Below are positions 27,791-42,038 of a stretch of 64,000 nt of DNA, piece after piece. The translations under genes were made by a program, and so were the position numbers. The stretch's first letter is position 1. The number at the start of each line of letters is the position of its first letter. Origin of the DNA: Kudoa neothunni (Eukaryota > Animalia > Cnidaria); the NCBI GenBank assembly GCA_964304625.1, contig OZ199840.1, positions 10,487,220 through 10,551,219 of the forward strand. Direction: 5' to 3'. The notes beneath the pieces were generated by a model. It was not told the DNA's origin and made no database searches. It saw nothing but the letters and a program-made list of their open reading frames with translations.

Positions 27791-30664
27791 TACCCAGGAT
27801 AAGGAGATAGAATAAGGATTGACGATGATACCGAAGTAACAACATACACTGCAAATAAATAGGAACACAGCACATAGATAGGTCTCTGCATTTTTAGTGT
27901 ATTTTCTGAGGAAGTTGGACAACTCTGAGCCAACAACAGTACCTAGTAGGCCGCACACAATGCAGCTGGCTCCGAATATAATTCTAAATCGAACGACAAT
28001 GAGCAGATTTAGTTTAATTACACATATATTAGTGTAAAGGTTACCCTGCGGATTGTTGTAATTTTGAGGTGGAATCATTACCATTGTGAAAATCGCCAGC
28101 ATAAGTCATAAACGTTGGAATCCAAACCTGCATGATTCCCATAACAAAAGCGGTTTCGGCAAAACCAAACGACGACAAAATAAACGACTTGATGGAGAAG
28201 AAATATTTCAAATCACTCCAGATCGATGCGAAAAAATTATTAATCGCATTTTTGGTTGGTCTTTCGTCGGTGCTACTGTCTGGGTGGTTATCGTCGATTA
28301 ATGTGTATTCATCTATTAGCACGTTAAAAATTATATAGTTTTATTCACAAATTAAATATTAATTCTATGAACGTTAATTTTTTACAAGAAATATTTAAAA
28401 GCACACTCTAATAGTAAAAGTATAATTTTTGGTTTAGTTTGGATTATTTAATCTTAAAACACCTACAACAACTACACATACACTTGAGGAAAAAAATTAC
28501 ATGAAAACCTGGAGATGTCCATTGTGACCACACGCAAAAATGTATTAAAATAATGAAAATTATTGTATTTAAAATTTAGAAGATAAATATAATACAACAA
28601 AATCAATGATATATTTTTGTGACGTTAATTTGCGTTTGCGTGAAGAACGGAAATATGTTAAATATATAAATTCGAACTTTATAAATTGAAATTAGTCATT
28701 ATAAATTAATTTGTGAATAATAAACATACGTATATCAAAATATAAAAAAATAAATATAAATAGTCTAAGAATTTTTAAGTTATGATAACATGGTCCAAAT
28801 TAACTTTAAACAACTATATTTAATTTATTGTTTTTTTATATGAAATTTAACAAAATTATAATAATATGCGCGATTCACATGTCAGATTAAATTAGTTAAC
28901 AGAATCAAGTTGTTATAGAAACAAAAAGATGAATTTCAAAAAAATTCCTCACTTCTTAGTACATTTACAATTTTTATTTTATCGCAAAAAAGCTTTACTA
29001 TACATATTAACTAGTTAAACGTTATTATTTATATGGTGGGTATGTGTGTAATTTTTTTTTGATTTTAAGTTTAAACGTAAAAATCCAATATTCAAGCATT
29101 TTTAAAAGCAGTAGTACACTACAAAATATAAGTGGAGAAAATATTTGATAAAAGTTTTTAATATAACAAAATAAACGCCGATTGGCCATCTACAGATACA
29201 AATACAGATACAGATACAAACACTGATACTGATACTGATACAGATACTGATACAGATATTCGAGAGTTGACGCAAGGTTACGTACCATTTTTGCGCGGGA
29301 TTTTTTGAAATAACTACTAAGTTACGCATGCGTAATGGAATTATTTAGATTAAATGATGAAATCAAAGCTGACGTTATTTTATTTTACAAACATAATTTT
29401 AATCAGATTAAATGACGCATGCGCTGAAATCACTTAAACTCACATAACTTGATAACTCAACTTATATTTAAACATAACAGTCATTTACAATTTTTTTGAA
29501 TTTGTAATAATTATTTCAAGCTCATTATCACACTCTTATAGGGAGAGATAATTAATTACATGTAGGGAGTAAATATTCATATTGCAATCAACTATATATT
29601 TAATAAAGTACGCAATTAAGTACATTAAGTAGGTAGATAAATTACGTAACTAATAAGATTACAGCAAACCCATATGCGCGCGATAACAATTATTTGTAAA
29701 ATACCTTCATTTTTCTGGTGTGGGAGATCGACAATAAAAATCACACACAGAAATGAAACCAACAAACCAAATCCAGGAGTCAACTAAACCACAATAAACA
29801 CATTACTAAATTATAACCACATATATTAATGCGTTTTTATGAGGATTAATTATCGATATCAAATTACCCTCAACACATATCTCCAATTTCCGTAACGTCT
29901 TTGAACCGTTGTACTCACTATGTAACCGATCCCACTAAAAATTATATGCTTAAATGGGTGATGGCGGGAAAATTAAATACTTGCCAAGTGGTAGTGCCAG
30001 TTGAAAGAATGCCAACATCCGAGTTTGAAGTGCACCCTCATACATATCGCCTACAAGTGGAAATCCCAATGTGCTCAGACTCGCCTCACCAATCCCAACC
30101 AACGATCTGGTTAGGTAGAACAGAGATGGATTCTAAATTTTAATAAATCTCCACCACAAAACAATCAATTAGACTGCGTTACATCCGATGGCACATATGA
30201 ACCTAACAATGTGAATATCGACCAAAACAACAACCCAATAACAATCAGCCATTTTCTTGAATAATGATCACCAAGGAAGCCAAAAAGAGGTGAAAAAATC
30301 ATGTATGCCGCAAGAAAAACAGTGGTAATCAGAGCTGCACCCTTGTCGTCCAAATCAAAATCAGCTCTCACATTTATCAAGATACCTAATCGAAAATATA
30401 TGTCGTCAACTCATCCAACAACCTACCAGATAATGATGATCTATCAAAGTAGTTGAGCAGATTGGCCAGAAAAAGTATCGATACAATCAAAAACTTTCGA
30501 CGCCCACCCAAATTATAATATGCACTTTGGTTGTTCTTCACCTTCAGTGTGGTATCAACACCAACCGAATCAACACTAACAGTTTTCAATGAAAGCAGCG
30601 AATTTATTTCCTGACGTTCTGAAATACCAGAAGATTCCAATTCGCCAACTATTTGAACTCCCAT
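27208..30664 (-). CDS. SPNS1: Spinster-family MFS transporter (multi-exon; 1.39-kb intron 28313-29704)
   Basis: ILFLANLLNYFDRSSLSG, YMIFSPLFGFLGDHYSRKWL, LVGIGEASL, ALPLGNGIGYIV, SFILSSFGF, ASALQILLIHAIGDAISPFIVG. Confidence 0.92.
27748..27790. repeat. (TAG)n microsatellite in a Spinster intron
   Basis: About 14 tag units; produces the spurious poly-Thr in ORF 27734-28102. Confidence 0.9.
29190..29258. repeat. Hexamer microsatellite (ACAGAT/ACTGAT) in the large Spinster intron
   Basis: tacagatacaaatacagatacagatacaaacactgatactgatactgatacagat... Confidence 0.85.
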
Positions 30665-33011
30665 CTATCTACTTCAACTCAAACCCTACTCTCAGCACGT
30701 CAATCTTGATTGTCAACAAGTAGGCATATGAATAGGATTATCTAGTGTTTTAGATGAGATTATAAAATATGAATTTCTTTGTTTTTTATCTTGAAAATAT
30801 AAAGTTTTTTGAATTTTAATTAGTTAGAAAATTTGGTGTTAGTTTATTTTGTTTATCAAGTTTGAATAAATTCAACAAGCGAGGTTAATAATGATGTCGC
30901 TGTCCGCGCATTAGATAAGGTGTAGGTATGAAACTTGAGTAACAAAAATGAAGATTTATTATTTCAAATGATGTGAGCTTAATAATTACGCTTTTCTAAT
31001 ATAAGTTAAATTTTCTTGGATATCCTTCACACAAGGTTGTTTATAGGTTCACTAGAGAACTTATTAGTTGGACGATTTGATTTATCTGAGCAAAAAAATT
31101 GAGAATTTAACATTTGAATGTCAACAAAATGTTATACTTTTATCGATTGATTATAGATTATATGTGGAGAGATGACCATGTAGAATAGCCCATCGTACAG
31201 ATTTAAATTTGATTCCTTTTGAAGATGAGACTGTGAATTCAATGATTTTCTTATCGTTGTTCTCAATATTGTTAACATTTTAAGTATTATTTATAAATAT
31301 TAATCTTTAAACACTAATCCACCCGACTCTCAACCACAAGGTGACGTCATTTTTCAAAAATCAAATATTATTATAAGATATTTCGACATTTGAGCATATA
31401 TAATTTAATCTGTATATAGTTTATTGAATTGAATTTTAACGCAGTAAAAATTCTAATAATGATAAAATCAAAATATTAATTAATCTATGTTTAATCTCTT
31501 ACACTCACATATTTCTCCTAGAGAAAATTTAATCCCTATTATGCCTAATAGAGTCTGTTGTTAGTTTGTCCGATTCAACTTAGGAATATGGAACATGGAA
31601 TAAAATGAGTGAACTCTAAATTATTGATTAACTTTCTTCGGCGTGTGCGTCTGTTATTAAAATATTTTGATTTAAAATAATTTGATGTAAAAATTAATAT
31701 TTCATCGATACAAAATGTGGAATTTTCGTAACATTTTTCAAGCATTCCAGCGAGAAAGTATAACTTTACATATCTAAATATAAATACATTGAGTCAAATT
31801 GAGATTGTATCCTGAAAAATTCACTATAGTTAATATAGTTAAGCTGGGCTGCTTAATTCATTTTGATTCCCGTAACCTCTATCACTTATGAGGACAACTC
31901 ACGATTTCATCTCAAAAAGGAAATTATACCCGGATATATTTTTATATTAGAAAAATATTTATACTAAAACTATATAAACAAGCAGTCTACTTTAACAAAA
32001 ATATAAATGTTAACAAGGTAAATGTTTTAACTAGTATTCTTGTCTTTTGGGGGCAATAATTAATCACAAAAATAACTCTTTAGAATATATGAATTTGCAT
32101 AAATCATAACTTGTAAATAAACTAGATATAGTAATATTTTAGCACAAAATATACGAAGTAAATAATTGCGCTTGCGCATAATTTACATTTTTAGTATTTA
32201 TGTTTTGATTATAACTTTAAGTATGAAATGAACAATAAAACATGTAGTCGAATTTAGAATGTTAAGTTTTAGTTTATGTAATTTTTTAGGTAAAAAATGA
32301 TTGTAATTTGTGGTGGAAAAATCTAAAATAATTCGACAAACAAATAAAAAATTAACCTTGGCACTAAGGAAAGTTTAATTCTTACTTGTTTTGAAGTTTA
32401 TTTTTTAAATTAACAAAATTTTTAACAATTTCATCATTTTTAATCTTTTCTTTTTTTAAAACTAGTTATTTTTTATGTTTTCTTGGGCTATTTAAAAATT
32501 TTCTAAAACAACTTAGTCATTAATGAAACAATATAATCATTTTTATATTGTACACTAATGAATAAAATAGTATACTAAAACGTTAAATTACTTTTCAGTA
32601 AAATTTATAAATGACTATTTGTTGCACAGACTTATTTCAGCTTCGATTGCGCACAAGTCTCACATGAGATGTTTGGAAGGATTCTGGTTACAATAATCAA
32701 GAATCCAGCAATATTGAGACACACACATGTCCCAAACGATACAAATAATTATTTATTGATTTCAAATATTCGTTTATTTCGTGGGTTTCTCTCCGTTTGG
32801 TTATTCGGTGTAATGATGGGTAATAAGGATTGTACCCAAAGTTAACATATGCGCAATCAGTAGCGGATCGTGATGGCATTGACATCTTTATGCTATGGCT
32901 CGAACCTTGCCTCAAATTATCCATAGTATGAAAATATTTGACTATTGTGGCTCGATCTTCAATATGTCTTTTACCTTCCATGCTTGTCAAAAACGACTAT
33001 ACGCCCAACAG

Positions 33012-34519
33012 TTTTGGAGTCCAGGAGGGCCCCAGTATTTTATTTCTTATTTTGATACATAATATTGTGACACACAATTATATTCTTTAAAAAAGTTTTT
33101 ACCGGCGCGATAACGAAATAATCATAATTTATTGGCAACCGATCATTTATTATTTAATTTCAAGTGTTTAAATATTAATAAAAGACTTTTTAAGTATACT
33201 TTTTGATTTTTTTAAATTTATCTAGATATTTAAAAGATAATAGAACTTATTAAAATGGTAATAATATCTTAAAATACATATATTCTCTTATGGCAACATG
33301 ATCCTGATATTACCGGTTCTTATAATTTTTTCAAATGATATAATGTACAATATTACATAACTGATATTATTAACCAAATTAGGTAAATCGATCGTTACGA
33401 GTTCATCTATGGGTCAATCATTTATGATGAAATACGGATTAGTAAATATTTGCCACATAATTATAATGATCCTTAACTAAGCGAAAAATGAATCAAAACT
33501 AATAATGAAATGTATAATAAAGAACTGAATATAGTTATCTAATGTTTGTTGCAACAGAATTGGGAGCACCTATAACATTGATACTTTGTTATTGTATCGG
33601 ACAATCGAGCGCATTAGCTACATCTTTTTTTCGTCATAGATTTCACGGTTCCATCGGTCGAAATTACTACAGTTGGGTTGTTGGTGGGCTCCATTAATGA
33701 GTCTGCAAGTTGTTCTAAATAATTGCTTCTACAAATATTAGACTTATCAAATATCGATCATATTATAAAAAACCACCATAAGCCATCTTCTGGTGTATCT
33801 ATAACGCTAGTCATGAACAGGATACTATCTATAGTATCCATACCTCCCTTGGTTTTATTACCATCAATTATAATCTTTTGATTTTTGTCTTTTCTTGACA
33901 TAAATTGACCTTATTAGACGATGCAGCCAATAAAATGATCGCTTTGTTCCTTTTTGGAAGATACGACACCGTCATTTTTTTTTCGAAAAATGAATATAGA
34001 ACTAAAATCCTCTATCGATTTCCTAGCTTTAAGAATTAATGAAATGTCTCGTTTATTATAGCGGATTGTCCCCAAAAGGGTTAAACCAGGGTTAAAAAGT
34101 TTGTTTACCAACGTAACCGAGGTGAAAAAATTGTCACAAACAATGCTTCTTCCAAATCCTTTTAGATGCGACCAGGGCTCTAAGACGACCTTTTCACCGA
34201 CACATTTGGTAATTTGGTTATTGGTTCTTCCAAGAAAAACAGAAATATTTTGTGTCTAGTTGGTATAAGAGTAAGATCAGCAGAAGGAACTACACACACC
34301 GGCAAAATATTTTTCCATCTGTTTAAAATGTTAAAAACATCGGTTACGGGGAAAAACTTATCATTTTCACGCCTCAGACTCCTTGTCTCATAATCAACAA
34401 AATGGAGACTTCTATTTATTTGGGTGAATCTATATAATGACATAATTCTACGAAATACGTCACGCCCTTTATTCAAACACCAGAGTTGCGTACGAGATTC
34501 CATTTTAGCTTTAAAGATT

Positions 34520-34555
<36 letters not shown>

Positions 34556-35271
34556 TTAGATTCCATTATATTCAGATCTCTCCATTTTCCTGTAATGAAA
34601 TGCACCAAATTTGTTAATGTGAATAGTGACTTAATTGAAAAACAATGCCGAAAATTGCAAATTCATGATGTTATAAATGTCGTCAAACTTGGAGGTTTGT
34701 TTGAGATGTCTTCTTTTTTAACTTTTGTATTTGAAGGCACAACTGAAGACCATATCACATTGTTTTTGATCCTGTATATGTCAGTGACGCCACCATCATC
34801 TGAACTATAAAAGCTAAATAAAGAGAAACATTATTCAATAATATCTTCAATTTCACTGCGATTAGAACTATATCATATTAGAAAATCATTATATAATTGT
34901 CCATTTCTAAGGGCCGGCGACATTCGACATAGCTCGACCAACGCTGGAAACATAAACCTTGATTTTTCTCAATATTTAGTAGATGCAACCTTTTGAGATT
35001 AAAATATTTTATTTTTTATAATTTTATAAATGTTTTTATGAAATAAAAACGTGGGGTCCTCCTTGACCCCAAAACTACTTCGCATAAGTATTTGACATAA
35101 AATCCTAACAAACAAAAAAATCTAAATTTTAAAATTAAATTATGAAAATATAAAAACTTTTAAAATAATAATGATTGGATCCACTCGATTTAACGTTTTT
35201 AGTAAGAAGTGAATTGAGATGAAAAGTGGCCTGGGGTCCATTTGGGCCCCAGAAATGCTTGGATTGGAGGG
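33012..35271 (-). mobile_element. Decayed piggyBac transposon (transposase pseudogene)
   Basis: Fragments FRRIMSLYRFTQINRSLHFVD, SIVCDNFFTSVTL..LTLLGTIRYNKRDI, NKTKGGMDTID with frameshifts and stops; GGAGGG-TTAA terminus at 35266-35275; GGGGTCC..(G/A)CCCC subterminal repeats at about 35052, 35232 and inverted at about 33014; (TA)n insertion near 34523-34552. Confidence 0.85.
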
Positions 35272-35913
35272 TTAAGAAAGAGTCATTTTTCGCATTGATT
35301 GTAAAACATTTAGAAAATTGAAGGGATTAAAGTCAACAATTTTATTTACACAATAGAAAAAACATCAATTTTTCATCTTTTTTTACTTATATTAAAAACC
35401 GACAAAAATATATTGCCGACTTCATATATTATTATGTATTACCTTATCAAAATAAAATTACAAAAAGTATGCTAGACTTTAACGAATTACGCAGAATCGA
35501 GAGTTTACTGTACATATTCTGGCACGCCTTTTAGTCTATTCTGATTATCCGGACAGGCAATCATTGGGGTTATTGAACTTTTATTCATACAATATTGTTA
35601 TTCTTATTTATATCTTAAATTGCAGGGAAGATAGTAAGAAATAATTCTTCTCTCAACATAGGACGATGTTGAAAACCTGAAATTTGTATTTTGCCCCTAA
35701 CTACTATTACCATAATGATGAGTATTATTTTTTCTATATTAAATAGTTAATAAAGATAAAGAATTTTTATTTCAAAATAGAAATTAATTGAGGCTTCAAC
35801 TGAAAAAAATGTTGGAGGTATCTATATTCAACGTAAAAGATTATGAATAACTCAGCCATATTGTAATTGAAATAGTTAATAGATGGCAAAACTATATGTA
35901 ATTTTTGCATCCA

Positions 35914-36413
35914 TTATTCGTTAAGGGTTGTATAAAAGTTCACTAAATAGTAGAACTTTTTGGTTTTTTCAGCAGTTTCCATCTTAGTGTAATTATCATT
36001 GGCACAAGCCTCTAACACATTCGAAATGAGAGCTTTATATTGAGGTTTGATATCCCAATAATAGAGACCACTGTCACCACGCATGAGTCCAAAAATTTTT
36101 CTTTTGTCCAAACAAGCGACAGTGTGTTCTTTAAGTTTTGGATAGAGTTGATAGAAAGAGTACTTTTTTTCAATAAAAGAAGCTATATTGTCGGGCACTA
36201 CATAGTAGGAATTGAGAATTGCATCACACACCAGATGAATCAAGGGATAAGGAGGACGTGCTTTTTCACCTAACTCATTTTATTTCATTAATTCTAAACA
36301 TATAAAATACCTGTAAGTTGAAGGTCAGAGAGTTTGAAATCAGCATCATACGCTATATCGGACGTATTGGGTAGATGTTTTTCGAGGGGATGATTGGAAA
36401 ATGGTTTCATCAT
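35914..36413 (-). CDS. Highly divergent forkhead (winged-helix) domain protein; intron 36270-36310; ends uncertain
   Basis: GEKARPPYPLIHLVCDAILNS..IASFIEKKYSFYQ....F....GLYYWDIKP follows the Fox pattern KPPYSY..L...AI..S...I..FI...FPYY....F....G.YW..P. Confidence 0.6.
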
Positions 36414-39400
36414 AGAATATTTGTGATCACTCTTTAAGTATGGTTACAGTGTTAAAAAAAGAAACTTTACTTAATACTTTGATAGGTTTTCAAACAAGGT
36501 AGTTTAATGTGCTGATGTAAACCAGTTGATCCAGTCTAAGATGTTTGAATCTTCTTGTACTCTTATGCCAAAAAACTTAATCCCATGGCCCCAATGTTAT
36601 TAATCACTTGTAACATTAAACAATGAGCGTACTTGGTGGGGTCTAAATTTTAATATTAAAGCGAATAAATAACACAACAGATTAAATTTAATTAATGAAC
36701 GTCAAACAAAGTGTTAAAGAGAATTATTAACTTTATTTTTGAGGGAAATCTCTACTGGAAATTCGGCTTAAGATTTCAACCATGTTAAAACTAGTTAAAT
36801 TCTCCCAAGATTCAAATTAAATATCATAATAAAATCACCAACTTGTTAAGTTGACTTAAATTTGTGTGGTTTAATGTTTAAATCTATCACAAATGAGATT
36901 ACTATGTTGTCTAGGGATTGCATTATTTGGTAATTAAATTCCTCAATGTTTGTAAAATACCGTGTCTCCAGTGGACGTACATTTAATTAAAGAACTAATA
37001 TTACTCCAACGAAGAAAAATATTACCTGAATAATAAAAGTTGGTTGTTTGGGATTAGTTTGGATGAGGTCTCATTGTTTTTGAGTCAAGTTAGATATTGA
37101 AATAGTTCCTCATCGGAAAAATTGATAATAAAATGATTACTAAAAAGTTACTAAAATTGCTTAAATGATGAAACAGTTGTTAACGTGGTACACTTTGCGA
37201 ATTAATAAGTGTGGATTAAAGAGACTAATTTTTAAGGATTTTATTGATAGTTTTTGCTGAGTTCCTTATTTTTATTTGTGTTATAAACTAATATAATAAA
37301 TCAGGTTGACGAAACATTACAAAAATTTTTAATCTAACGGCAGATAAAATTAGACCTGTCCGAAACGTAAGTTACTAAAAATTATAAGGAAAAGTTTTTC
37401 ATAACTGTATATCCAAAAATTATTGATTACTGTAGATGTGCTGGGATCTAGTTATCATCTTTTTCAATATCAATATACAGGGCCATTTTTTTTACTTTTT
37501 GTTGTATGCTAAACTTCCGAATAATGTAAGAGTAACAAAAATTAAAATAAGTATTCTCATTCGCAATATCATCCCGTGGACTATGATTAGTAATTTTTTT
37601 GGAATTAGCTTAGTTTACATTGCATGTTTGATCGGTTTACTAATGATAAGACTCCTTTTTTAATTGATTGTTAACATCACACCTAGTTATTAACAACTTT
37701 ACTATTGGCCTTATTAATCTGTTGGTGTTCGATATAAAAATATTAATTGATTGTTACCTATTCAGTTGTAAGCACTACTTCGCTTATGCCTTACACGCTA
37801 CCATATCTACTGGAGTAGTAAAATTTTCTACAAGATAGTAAGTAAATATTTTGACAATATTTAAGAATTTATTTTGTAACTTTCCATTCGAATTCCAACT
37901 CCAATGAGGTTTAATTTGAACCAATAAAATAGAATATTTATGTCTTCTTTTTAGGACATTTATTAATTTATCTTCAAAGGATACAGCTTCAATGAATCAT
38001 TCATAAAGTGTTTTATATTACACTGTTTTAACAACAGGTTAAGATTAATTTAACTCTTAAACTTTCTTAAACAAAAAATAGCGCTCCATTTTAAAGCACC
38101 ATTTTTCTATATAAGAATTATTTAGTTGAACTCAAACATAGGAAAACCTAATCCATCAAGTAACCATCGACTTTTTACACAATAATATTTTTATATAAAT
38201 ATATAATAACCAAATTGTAAAAATATAATTATTTTTAAAATTTTAAGTCAAAAGTATACTCATAATTTTATTATATAAATGGGTATGAAATAATTAATAT
38301 CTATCTTTCGATCTTTATTCCTTAACTTTTTATTGTAGTCTATTGAAGGTTAAGATGAAAATCTATATACATGCGGTTGCGCTTATTGCATACACCGTAC
38401 AATAACTATGATACTTCAGATCTAAACGCGGGAAATATTCGTGTCCATATTAAATAATTTAAGATATTTAAATCTAGTGAATAAAAATATGAGAAAATTC
38501 TGTGTTTATTTTTATAGGTAACAATTACTTTTTATTACACATTAAACTTTTGACCAAATAGGTTAAAGTTTTCTTGGGTTTTATTCCCACATGAATTTTA
38601 ATTGTCATAATTTATTATTTCAAAAATTATTAGCTTTTTAATAAAACAACATTTTTATCGTAATAAAAATATAAAATAATTTAGAAAAGTTTAATTATAT
38701 AATTCAATGACAACCTCAAGAAAAATTATTTACAACGCAAGAAAATCGTTTTGAGGTAAATAATCAAAGAAAAAAACTTTAAAATTAAAATCTCTTAATA
38801 CTGTTCTTTTTTTTTGGTACCAAAGATTGACGATATTATCTGAGACATAAACGACTACAGAAACAATCTACGACTGTGAACATCAATTTGTGATCTAATA
38901 GGTAGAACATATCTCAGATTTCATAAAATATTTTGATTATAAAATAATTCTTAATATGGATTAGGCTGTTTTCTTTATCATCGAGGGTAGAATCCTGCGG
39001 TAATATTGGGTTAAAAAATTGTATAATGAGAGCAAATACGAAATATCAGATGACTTTTTCAATTTGGACCAGACAAATGTTACATGCTCTACACACGTTA
39101 TATATATGTCGTGAAAAATTAATTTATACAGCATTCTTAGTGTAATAAGTAAGTACAAGAATTTTTGCAGTCTATATATAGACTAAATACTGATTGATTT
39201 ACATTTGTAAAAAACCGGGAGATTATCTATTATTTATCAATTAAAAAGTAAATGAAACAAAAATCTATTCTTTTAAAATAAAATGAACCTAATAATTAGC
39301 ATCTTTCAAATATATAATTTTCCGGCGCGCGTGCGCGAACGTTGTTTCATCCCGGGTTTGGGTTTTTTTCTATTTTTACAAAATCTTTGGTTTTTAGTTA

Positions 39401-41216
39401 AAATTGGTAAACATTAAATAAAAACGATTTTTTTATGCACGGCATTATTATTTATATTTTTAATGACGTATCCTATTCGGATTATATCATGCCGCAGCGT
39501 TTGCCAACTAAAATTAGACCCGCACCCTCATTTGATGACAAAACGAAATTCGCACCCGCTTGCCTACAATGAGGTGTAAATGACTCGAAACTTCTCAAAA
39601 ATTATTATGTATTGTGATCGAATCTCGCACCCCAAACCCATAGTTTACATCATTAGGAGTAGGAGTGCTAGAACCGTTGCTATTTAGGGTTCAAACATTT
39701 GCGGTATTGAACGACAGCACATTTGATTGTTTAACGTTACACAATTATATAATAACTCAATAAACATTGTCGCACATTGTTAGAAAATTTAAACGTTGGT
39801 TTAAAATATATCTTGAATTATGAAGTAATTAATTGTGAGTATATTGATCTTTACAAGAGATTAAGTATGAGTGAGTGTTCGTGCCAAGAATTGCAATAAT
39901 ACGACGGGAAATTTAAATTTAATATCTGAAAACGTAATTATAGAATCGGAAGAAGAGTAAGAACTTTAATAGATTCGATTCTATTTTTGTTGTACTTTAA
40001 AATAGCGTGTTTATCGCGCTTCTTTTTGAATGTCGCCAAAAAGATGTAATAAGTAAGGTTGACTGTACATAAAATCCTATGTTTGTTTTTGCACACCTAA
40101 ATTAGCATGTGTGACATATTACTCCCTTAGCAATGCATTGATGGAATTTCAAATAGTATACCTCATCTAAAAATTCTATTCTTAATTATTAAAAATTAAT
40201 AAAATAATTTAAGAAGGTCTTTTTAATATAAAAATTATATTTATAAAATAGTATTATCTTCCGTATACCAAACAGTTAATGCATGAGAGATCATCATTAG
40301 AATCCAAAAAATAAATCTATTTTTATTCATCCCTAAATTTTTGTATAATCATAATATATGTTTCGACAATTATTATTTTTTAAAATATTATGGATATATT
40401 AATATCATAATTATTAGAATATCATCTTTGGAGTAATTGATGATATAAGAAATTTCTACTCGTTAAAAAATAATGCGAATTAAATAATATAATATTTTTA
40501 ATCATATAAACATGAAAATGATCAATACTCCTTGTAAAAGAAGTTAAAATCCATTCCAATTATTCAAACCACGCTAACCTCAATATTATAATATCGACGC
40601 TACTTTTAATGAAATCGATCAAAAAAGATTTTACTAAATAAACATAAAAATTTTAATTTTACTCATTCGTAAATAATACAATATAAAACTGATTCTTGAA
40701 ACACCCTAATTTTAACAAATCAATTATTTTAATTATCTACCAACATACATTTAACTTGAAATATTATCCGAATATTTTTTAAAAATTAGTAATTCAAAAA
40801 AATTAACAATAATTTAATCGTTAAGAAGTATCATTAATTGAAAATTGAAATTCTCTGTGACTGAAAAATTTAATGGATCAATTAAATGCTATATATAACG
40901 CTTGTGCTTTTACATGTTTAATATTTGGTAAATTTTTATTAATACTGTAGAGTTTTAAAAGTGAATTTAACCTTTCGACTAAAACAAAGTAGAATAGAAA
41001 ATAAAAAAATTATTAATTATTACAAATTAAGAAGTACTGTATTAGTTTCTAATAATAAGAACTATCACACACGCCCATCGACTGAATAGAAGAATACCGA
41101 GGAACGGATCCTTATTAAATTTATCTGATAATTTAGGAGATCAATTAAGTTCAGAGAATCGTAAAGACCATAAAAATACAATAGCTATAGAATAAATTGG
41201 AACCAGTTCATAATAT

Positions 41217-42038
41217 CTATTTTTTCACTCTCATATGAAATTGAGCTTTTCCAGCTTTCTTTTTATCATCATAAACCACACCTTCATCGGATTCATCCAT
41301 TCGCTCCTCCAATCTATCTAATCTGCTCTGAATATTTCGCAACGTCAGTTGGATATCGTTGAGGATACTGGAATTATCAACCTGTGGCTGAGAGATGATT
41401 GGGTTGTTGTAACGACTGGACGTATCAGGAATGTTTCGTTGGAGGCTTGAAAACCTGTTGTTAACGTTGTCTATGTTTCGCGTGGCAAGACTAACAGGTC
41501 CGCCCCTTTCATCATTAATTGTACATTCGATCAATCCAGCAGCGTTCACCAAATCTTCAAACTTGGTGAGTTTTGATAGAAAAAGGTGTCGCTTCACGTC
41601 TCGATCGTAGCAACCTCGGATGAACTGGTTGCAAAGATGTTGGTCCAACGAGTTGGTTTCAGCGGTTGGAAATGCTTTTCTCGCTAACGCACGAAGACGC
41701 AAGCCATAAACTCGACAATTTTCAGAAGGTTCCTGGTAGGCTGCAATAAACCTGTTGTGTGCAAGGTATGCAGATTCAACTTCTCCAAAGTTGTCGGTAA
41801 GGTAACTTTTGATCACATCGTAGCTTGTGCTGATTCCAAAACCTTGCTCATTTACTGCTCTGAAGATTTCGTTACTAAGCAGCACCTTGAGCATTGAAGT
41901 CCTTTCTTCTGATGTTTTCACACCATCCATTTCGCAGGCTAGCTCAAATTTATCTAACCATGAACGCACATCTTGATTCCCGTTAAATTGCTCAACTCTG
42001 GACAAAGCTCCGTACAGATGAACTCCATTAGCTGACAT
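41217..42038 (-). CDS. Stand-alone Ty3/gypsy-type Gag capsid protein, 273 aa, intronless
   Basis: FNGNQDVRSWLDKFELAC, SYDVIKSYLTDNFG, major-homology-like YQEPSENCRVYGLRLRALARKAF, NQFIRGC, KFEDLVNAA; C-terminal coiled coil; no CCHC knuckle, pol or LTR seen. Confidence 0.85.
   Translation of the reverse strand: MSANGVHLYGALSRVEQFNGNQDVRSWLDKFELACEMDGVKTSEERTSMLKVLLSNEIFRAVNEQGFGISTSYDVIKSYLTDNFGEVESAYLAHNRFIAAYQEPSENCRVYGLRLRALARKAFPTAETNSLDQHLCNQFIRGCYDRDVKRHLFLSKLTKFEDLVNAAGLIECTINDERGGPVSLATRNIDNVNNRFSSLQRNIPDTSSRYNNPIISQPQVDNSSILNDIQLTLRNIQSRLDRLEERMDESDEGVVYDDKKKAGKAQFHMRVKK

Noticed and set aside
29102-29329. ORF with ICISISIS/CICICIC repeats
   Set aside because: Translation of a hexamer microsatellite inside an intron
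32697-32990. 97-aa minus-strand ORF next to the piggyBac relic
   Set aside because: No recognisable family or splice structure in any frame; cannot support a call
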